The notes below the pieces were generated by a model. It made no database searches. It worked only from the letters and a program-made list of their open reading frames with translations, and was not told where the DNA came from. Below, piece by piece: positions 58,660 to 64,000 of a stretch of 64,000 nt of DNA. How positions within the stretch are numbered: position 1 is the first letter of the stretch; the number at the start of each line of letters is the position of its first letter. The stretch is from a virus. The position numbers were made by a program, and so were the translations under genes. The stretch is from IMG/VR virus record IMGVR_UViG_3300008113_005947, positions 11,326 through 75,325 of that record. One strand, written 5' to 3'.

Positions 58660-61600
58660 TTAAGCCTGAGCTTCAGTCCAAGATGCACGTCCAAATATAT
58701 TAGCTGAACCACTACCAATATTTTGAGCCGTAATAGTGATTACGTCAGGACCATCAGGATAAATACCATTATTAGATAATGCTGATCCGCCACTTAAAAT
58801 ACTAGTACCCATATCACGTATTAAATCTAATTCGACTGATGTTGTTGTAAAACTTGCACCACCTGATGTATTTAAGAAGAATCCATAAATTATTTCGCCA
58901 CCGGAAACAGTTGTGCCCGCAGTATGTGTTATATATTGTGCTAGGCTAGAACCACCTTGACTTTGCCAGTTAGGGGTTGAACTACTTACAGTACCATTCA
59001 ATACCAGGGTCATCAAGAATTGACCGTTTGAGAACACGTCCATCTGTCGTAAAACCATCTGCATACGGTTAACAAGTTCACGTGTTCCTAGTGTGCTGGC
59101 AGTTATACCGTTACTTACTGAGGGTGCAATGCGTAAACTAATAATAGCATTAGTGGTGCCGTTAGAAATTGATAATGCTGTAGTCATACCACGTGTGAAC
59201 ACGAATGATTTATCATCATCAAAACGTCCATCCATAATAACTGAAGTACCCCAGTGACTTATTGTTGGTGAGAAGTCTGGTGCATATATTTCTACCATTG
59301 TCATATTTGTATTAGGTGAACTAACTGTAAATGTTTGTGCTGTAGTTTGTCCCAATGGGGCAAATATTAAGCTAGTTGATCCTCCCGCGCCAGTAGTAGC
59401 ATAATTTAAAGTGATGCTAGTATTTGTTACAAAACTCACAACACCTGCTCCAGGCGGTATATAAGTACCAATTACTTGTTGCCCAATTTGAACTCCACTA
59501 GTGCTAACACCTGTCAATGTCGGACTACCTGTAGTTGCAGTAAATGTTAATGTACCACCTGCAGACGTTCTAGTAAGTCCACTTAAATAAGGATTGAATA
59601 ATATAGTAGAAGAACTAGCACTAAATGTGGCCGCTTGACTCATAGTAACACTAACGTTAGTAGAAATACTATTAACTATTGTACCATAAGGTATACCAAC
59701 ACCTTGTATATATTGTCCTACCACAGTTCCTGTAGTGTTAGCCATTGTAAGTGTAGTACTGCCGGATATAGTATTACCGGTTAAACTTACATCTTGTGAT
59801 TTACCTGTGTACTGTACAAATTCGCTTTGTGTACTATTACGTATCCAAACAGTACCAGGAAGACTTGGTGTAGCATTATACCAATCTAAATGACTTGCTA
59901 CATATGCAGATGACGCTCCGCTAGTTAATGTTTGTGTTAGTAGCGAAGTTCTTGGGAAAGTAGCAACTTCATAACGTGCAGGTAAATTACCTGAACGCAT
60001 ATATGCTTCATAGTTAACGTTATTGTTAATCATTTTGTGACAGTAAATGATGTTTCCATCTCCGCCTCTAAAGCCCCAACGAATAAAACCAGCACCATAC
60101 CATGAATAGTCCATGTAATACATCTGCATTTTACCTATGTCTACTGTAAATCCACTTGGTCCTGTACCATCGACACGGTCTAAATTCCATTGACTTTGCG
60201 GAACTCTAGTTTCAATTGTTTTACTCATAGTAGCATTAGTTAAATTACTAGTGCCCCTATATGGGGGATTTATTGTCAGTGATGTATCACTAGTAATATT
60301 TAATACACGATAACTCATACCTTTGATAACAATGAAATCATTAGGTTGAAGTTGTTTACTAAAATAAGTAGCTACTCCATTAGTCGTTTGTCCGGTAACA
60401 GTAGAATCTCCTGCGTTCACGCTTACAAACCCGGCAATTTGATAAACTGAACTACGTCTTACTGCGTACAAGGTTTGTCCATCAAATTCAAAATATATGC
60501 CGTTCTGGCTATCAAATGTGCCAATTCTACAAGATGCACCATTCCATCCTGTAACACTTAAAACATAAACACCAGTTGCGACAAAAGGTGAAGGTGGTGC
60601 AGACCCTGCAGTATATGTGAATCTATATGGATCTAATACAGTAGCTACTGTAAAGTTACCATTGTAAGCTGTTTCGTTACATCTAGCAACACTAATACTT
60701 GTGCCTGGTTCTAAGTTATGTTGTATTTTTGTAACAACTGTTACGGTGGTGCCAGAAGCAGTGATACTATCAACGTTTAAACTAGGCTTCAATAAAGTAC
60801 CTGTACTAATTTGAATACCTTTACCTGACTGATAGCGGAAATATCTACGAGTCTGACGAATCATTTGTTGATTATGACTTGACGAATTGGTACTGAAAGT
60901 AACACCGCCGTCAAATGGTCTATGATTGAATGTTCCCAATGGTCTGCAATATAAAGTACCACCTGTAATCGTACCCGATGTTGGGTTATTAGTTGCATAG
61001 AATACAAAAACAGTAGGACTAGTTACTGTTGCAACCATCCAACTTCCGTTTGGATTATTTGTTGCGCCGGTAGTGCCGGTTATCGCTATTTCATTTCCAA
61101 TTGACAATCCATGAGGTACGGTAGTAGTTACTGTAATCGCAGTACCTGAGTATGCATAACTAGTTACAGTAATGCTAGCACCAGTAAATATACTTCCAGC
61201 ATATACGCCAGTTACGCCATTGTTAAAAATACTACCTGTAGTACCTGTAAAAACTGCTTTACCGGTGTATGTTGAAGATGTTGAACCGTTGGTAGAATCA
61301 ATTAAGTATAATCCATCAGCACCAGCAAATGTAGAATCTCCGACAAAAACTACTGAGCCGGCAGCCACTGCCCCTGAAGCAAAAGTTAATACATAGCTAC
61401 GACTACCATTAGTAGCATTAATACCAGTAATAGCTAAAGGGGTTGCAACGTTAAAATATGCAAATGGGCGATTATTAATCATAGTTAAACTTTCCCATTT
61501 AGTAGATTGTACTGAATATTCAAAGTCAGTATCAATCAATGCTTGCGGTTGGCTAGTTCTAAATTTGTTAACTGGATCGGTATATACCTCGCTCGGAGTA

Positions 61601-61887
61601 AACTTCTCGTCATACTCATCAATGAGAATTTCTATCTTGTTAGAAGATGCCATACCTGTACATGCATTTTGCAATACTACGGTAGTAAATGTGTTACCAA
61701 CTGTGTCAGTAGTAATAGAATAACTAGTAAATTTGTTATTAGCATCAGAGAAGTTATAAATTACCTGATTGGTTGTTACGTTAGTAATTAACACAATTCT
61801 TTCCCTCAGAATGCCTTGTGGAATTACGATTGTTTTTGATGTTGGGTCAAACGTATAATACGGACTCACTATTGTTTTTCTAGCCAT
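58660..61887 (-). CDS. Large virion structural protein (baseplate/fibre associated)
   Basis: T/S/G-rich; repeated TVTTxxxH(G/N)L beta domains; RQTRRYFRYQSGKG and DYSWYGAG segments; GGAG RBS. Confidence 0.65.
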   Translation of the reverse strand: MARKTIVSPYYTFDPTSKTIVIPQGILRERIVLITNVTTNQVIYNFSDANNKFTSYSITTDTVGNTFTTVVLQNACTGMASSNKIEILIDEYDEKFTPSEVYTDPVNKFRTSQPQALIDTDFEYSVQSTKWESLTMINNRPFAYFNVATPLAITGINATNGSRSYVLTFASGAVAAGSVVFVGDSTFAGADGLYLIDSTNGSTSSTYTGKAVFTGTTGSIFNNGVTGVYAGSIFTGASITVTSYAYSGTAITVTTTVPHGLSIGNEIAITGTTGATNNPNGSWMVATVTSPTVFVFYATNNPTSGTITGGTLYCRPLGTFNHRPFDGGVTFSTNSSSHNQQMIRQTRRYFRYQSGKGIQISTGTLLKPSLNVDSITASGTTVTVVTKIQHNLEPGTSISVARCNETAYNGNFTVATVLDPYRFTYTAGSAPPSPFVATGVYVLSVTGWNGASCRIGTFDSQNGIYFEFDGQTLYAVRRSSVYQIAGFVSVNAGDSTVTGQTTNGVATYFSKQLQPNDFIVIKGMSYRVLNITSDTSLTINPPYRGTSNLTNATMSKTIETRVPQSQWNLDRVDGTGPSGFTVDIGKMQMYYMDYSWYGAGFIRWGFRGGDGNIIYCHKMINNNVNYEAYMRSGNLPARYEVATFPRTSLLTQTLTSGASSAYVASHLDWYNATPSLPGTVWIRNSTQSEFVQYTGKSQDVSLTGNTISGSTTLTMANTTGTVVGQYIQGVGIPYGTIVNSISTNVSVTMSQAATFSASSSTILFNPYLSGLTRTSAGGTLTFTATTGSPTLTGVSTSGVQIGQQVIGTYIPPGAGVVSFVTNTSITLNYATTGAGGSTSLIFAPLGQTTAQTFTVSSPNTNMTMVEIYAPDFSPTISHWGTSVIMDGRFDDDKSFVFTRGMTTALSISNGTTNAIISLRIAPSVSNGITASTLGTRELVNRMQMVLRQMDVFSNGQFLMTLVLNGTVSSSTPNWQSQGGSSLAQYITHTAGTTVSGGEIIYGFFLNTSGGASFTTTSVELDLIRDMGTSILSGGSALSNNGIYPDGPDVITITAQNIGSGSANIFGRASWTEAQA

Positions 61888-61916
61888 TTTTACTCCAGTT
61901 AACTAAGATTATCATA

Positions 61917-61924
61917 TATTTATC
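61917..61924 (-). promoter_or_regulatory. Late-promoter-like GATAAATA
   Basis: Intergenic, 29 nt upstream of the ATG at 61887 that heads the structural operon. Confidence 0.55.
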
Positions 61925-61933
61925 TTACCTAAA

Positions 61934-64000
61934 TTAATACCCGAACATAATATCAGCCGGGCTGAATGGATATTTCTTAACATTTGTACTTGATACCCCT
62001 GACTGTGTTCTGACCATAATATCAGAATTTGTAGGGGGCGGGCTACTAAATGTTATATATCCTGTATCAATAATTGTATAGCCCTTGAAGGCTCCTAATA
62101 CGAAACTTTGCCAAATTACATCAACATTCCATACAAATGCGGGCTGTATAGATCCATTTACTGCAACTAGTATAGAGAACGGGTCGGATAATGTTGACGG
62201 TACTTGATTATATGTAAGTTGGAAAGTACCTCTAGATCCGTCTGCTGAATATGACAAGTCATCAAATTCATATAATCCAGTAGCACCTGTTGCCGCCCAT
62301 GTCAAGTTTCCGGCGCCGTCTGTAACTAAGGTCTCTCCTAGACTACCGCCAGTTATCTTCAAATTAGCGTTAGAATTTAATGTGACTAGACCAGTTACTG
62401 TTAGACTTAGTAAGTTACCCAAACTTGTAATATTTGGCTGGGCCGCTGTTGATATATTACCAACATAGGTGTTTGCAGTTATTACGTTGGCACCAGAAAT
62501 ATTACCACCTGATCCAGATCCTGTAGTAATATTACCCGCAAATAGTGTACCAGTAGTTTTGTTGAATGTTAAGTTAGCATTTCCAGCAAATGAGCCAGCG
62601 TCATTGAACTGAACATATGTGTTAGCTCCGCCCGGTGTGCCACCACCTCCACCTCCACCGGCAGCCCAAGTCAAGTTTCCTGCGCCATCAGTCTGTAAGA
62701 AATAGTTTGCAGTACCGCCTGCGATATGTAAATTGCTTGCATCTCCTAGTGTTACATTTGGTCCAGATAATGATACATTTCCTGTAGCAGTTATACCATA
62801 TGTAGTTAATCCTCCTACACCACTAGTACCTAAAGTTAAATTACCATAAATACCAACATCACCTGATATAGCATTATGACCTGTGACTATTGTTATAGTT
62901 CCAGAACTATCTTGGATATTGCTTGTTTTTACATACCCTGTACCAGTAGCTACTAATCCACCGGATACAGTTAAACCAGTTAATGTACCAACACTTGTAA
63001 TATTTGGCTGTGCATTTGTAAGTACTGTGCCAGCATAAGCCGCATAGTTTGCATTTGCTACAGTACCAGTTAATTGACTACCATTACCAACAAAATAGTT
63101 ACCAGTTATATTTGCATTAGCATCACGTATTACTACTGTGTTTGCGGTAGCCGCCGTCGCTGTATCATACCCATCTAATAAATCAGCATTTAAGTTTGTT
63201 ACTTTGGTAGTTGACGCTACTGTTAAAGGTGCTGTTCCTGTTGCAATATTACTTACTAAGAAGCTAGCGGTTATATTGCCAGCAGTTGCAAAGTTACCGG
63301 ATGTAGTTGTACCAGTTACACTTAAACTTGCTAGTGTTCCTAATGATGTAATATTCGGTTGAGCATTAGTAGTTAATGTACCAGTTAGATAATTAGCACC
63401 TACTAAATTGCCACCTGTAAATGTGTTACTTGCACCCAATGTTGTATCAATTAATGTACCAACTACTGTTATCCCATCCCATAAACGCATCAGTCGCTGT
63501 ACTACCTGTATAATAATGTAGTAGTGTGCCCCTGTCTTTACCATCATTAGTTGTTAACGGATCTCCATTTGGATTGCCGCCCATTTCAATGATTGGATCT
63601 TTAACATTTAATGTTGTTACATTTGCGTATATAGTAGTGCCATTAACAGTTAAATTACCAGTAATAGTAGCGTTGCCGGAAATGCTAGCATTAGTAGCAC
63701 TTAGATTATTACCAGTAATATTTCCATTAGCATCACGTACTACTACTGTATTTGCTGTGGCAGAAGTAGAAGTATCATACCCATCTAATAGGTCTGCATT
63801 TAAGTTTGTTACTGTGGTATTACTTGTTACTGTTAATGGAGCAGTACCTGATGCCACATTACTTACTAAGAAACTAGCAGTTACATTACCTGCTGTTGCA
63901 AAATTACCGGATGTAGTTGTACCGGTTACAGTTAAACTTGTTAGTGTACCTAAACTAGTAATATTTGGTTGAGCATTAGTAGTTAAGGTACCTGTTATAT
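61934..64000 (-). pseudogene. Tail-fibre-like repeat protein, 5' end beyond the window, frameshifted near 63470
   Basis: Upstream frame is open from 63998 to a stop at 63447; the downstream frame (to 61934) continues the same AQPNITS(L/V)G repeats. The N-terminus of the 537-aa ORF is an out-of-frame reading of the upstream part. Confidence 0.65.
63110..63995. repeat. Direct repeat of about 270 bp, 610-bp offset
   Basis: e.g. GTATCATACCCATCTAATA at about 63162 and 63772; both copies encode TTNAQPNITSLGTL...NLNADLLDGYDT...RDAN. Confidence 0.85.

Noticed and set aside
23220-63972. Many plus-strand ORFs (CTGLL..VVPSP repeats) in the ORF track
   Set aside because: Antisense shadows of the repetitive minus-strand genes; no independent motifs
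1-64000. Eukaryotic giant virus or eukaryotic origin suggested by RCC1 repeats
   Set aside because: SD sites, overlapping operons, PAAR, SleB and bacterial-type class Ia RNR indicate a bacteriophage
1-64000. tRNA, rRNA or mobile elements
   Set aside because: Intergenic gaps are under about 90 bp, with no cloverleaf or transposase signature seen

Overview
AT-rich, densely coding fragment of a large tailed dsDNA bacteriophage, probably a contractile-tailed jumbo-type myovirus. Support: PAAR spike tip, tail-fibre genes, bacterial Shine-Dalgarno sites, T4-like TATAAATA-type late-promoter motifs, class Ia nrdA/nrdB/glutaredoxin. Layout: (1) 1-11.9 kb is an accessory modification cluster with a radical SAM protein, a mini-kinase, a CX5R phosphatase, six Asp/Asn-beta-hydroxylase-like 2OG-Fe(II) oxygenase genes (7 domains), a minimal AMP-binding enzyme, a GNAT-like protein, an SGNH-like protein and FkbM. 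(2) 11.9-19.9 kb holds a SleB hydrolase, PAAR, glutaredoxin, a RyR-domain protein and ribonucleotide reductase. (3) 19.9-23 kb holds glycosyl- and methyltransferases. (4) 23-57.6 kb holds three translationally coupled giant RCC1-repeat genes (3286+3105+5117 aa). (5) 57.6-64 kb holds tail-fibre-type genes, the last frameshifted. Main finding: the RCC1 repeats are not a linear array. By my manual parse, about 209 repeats form about 30 seven-bladed beta-propellers recursively inserted into each other's loops, up to 7 levels deep. The open/close pattern balances only when all three genes are read together, and the root propeller starts at the N-terminus of the first gene and is closed by the C-terminus of the third. 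This suggests a branched 'propeller tree' assembled in trans from three polypeptides. All family assignments come from motif recognition; no database search was run.
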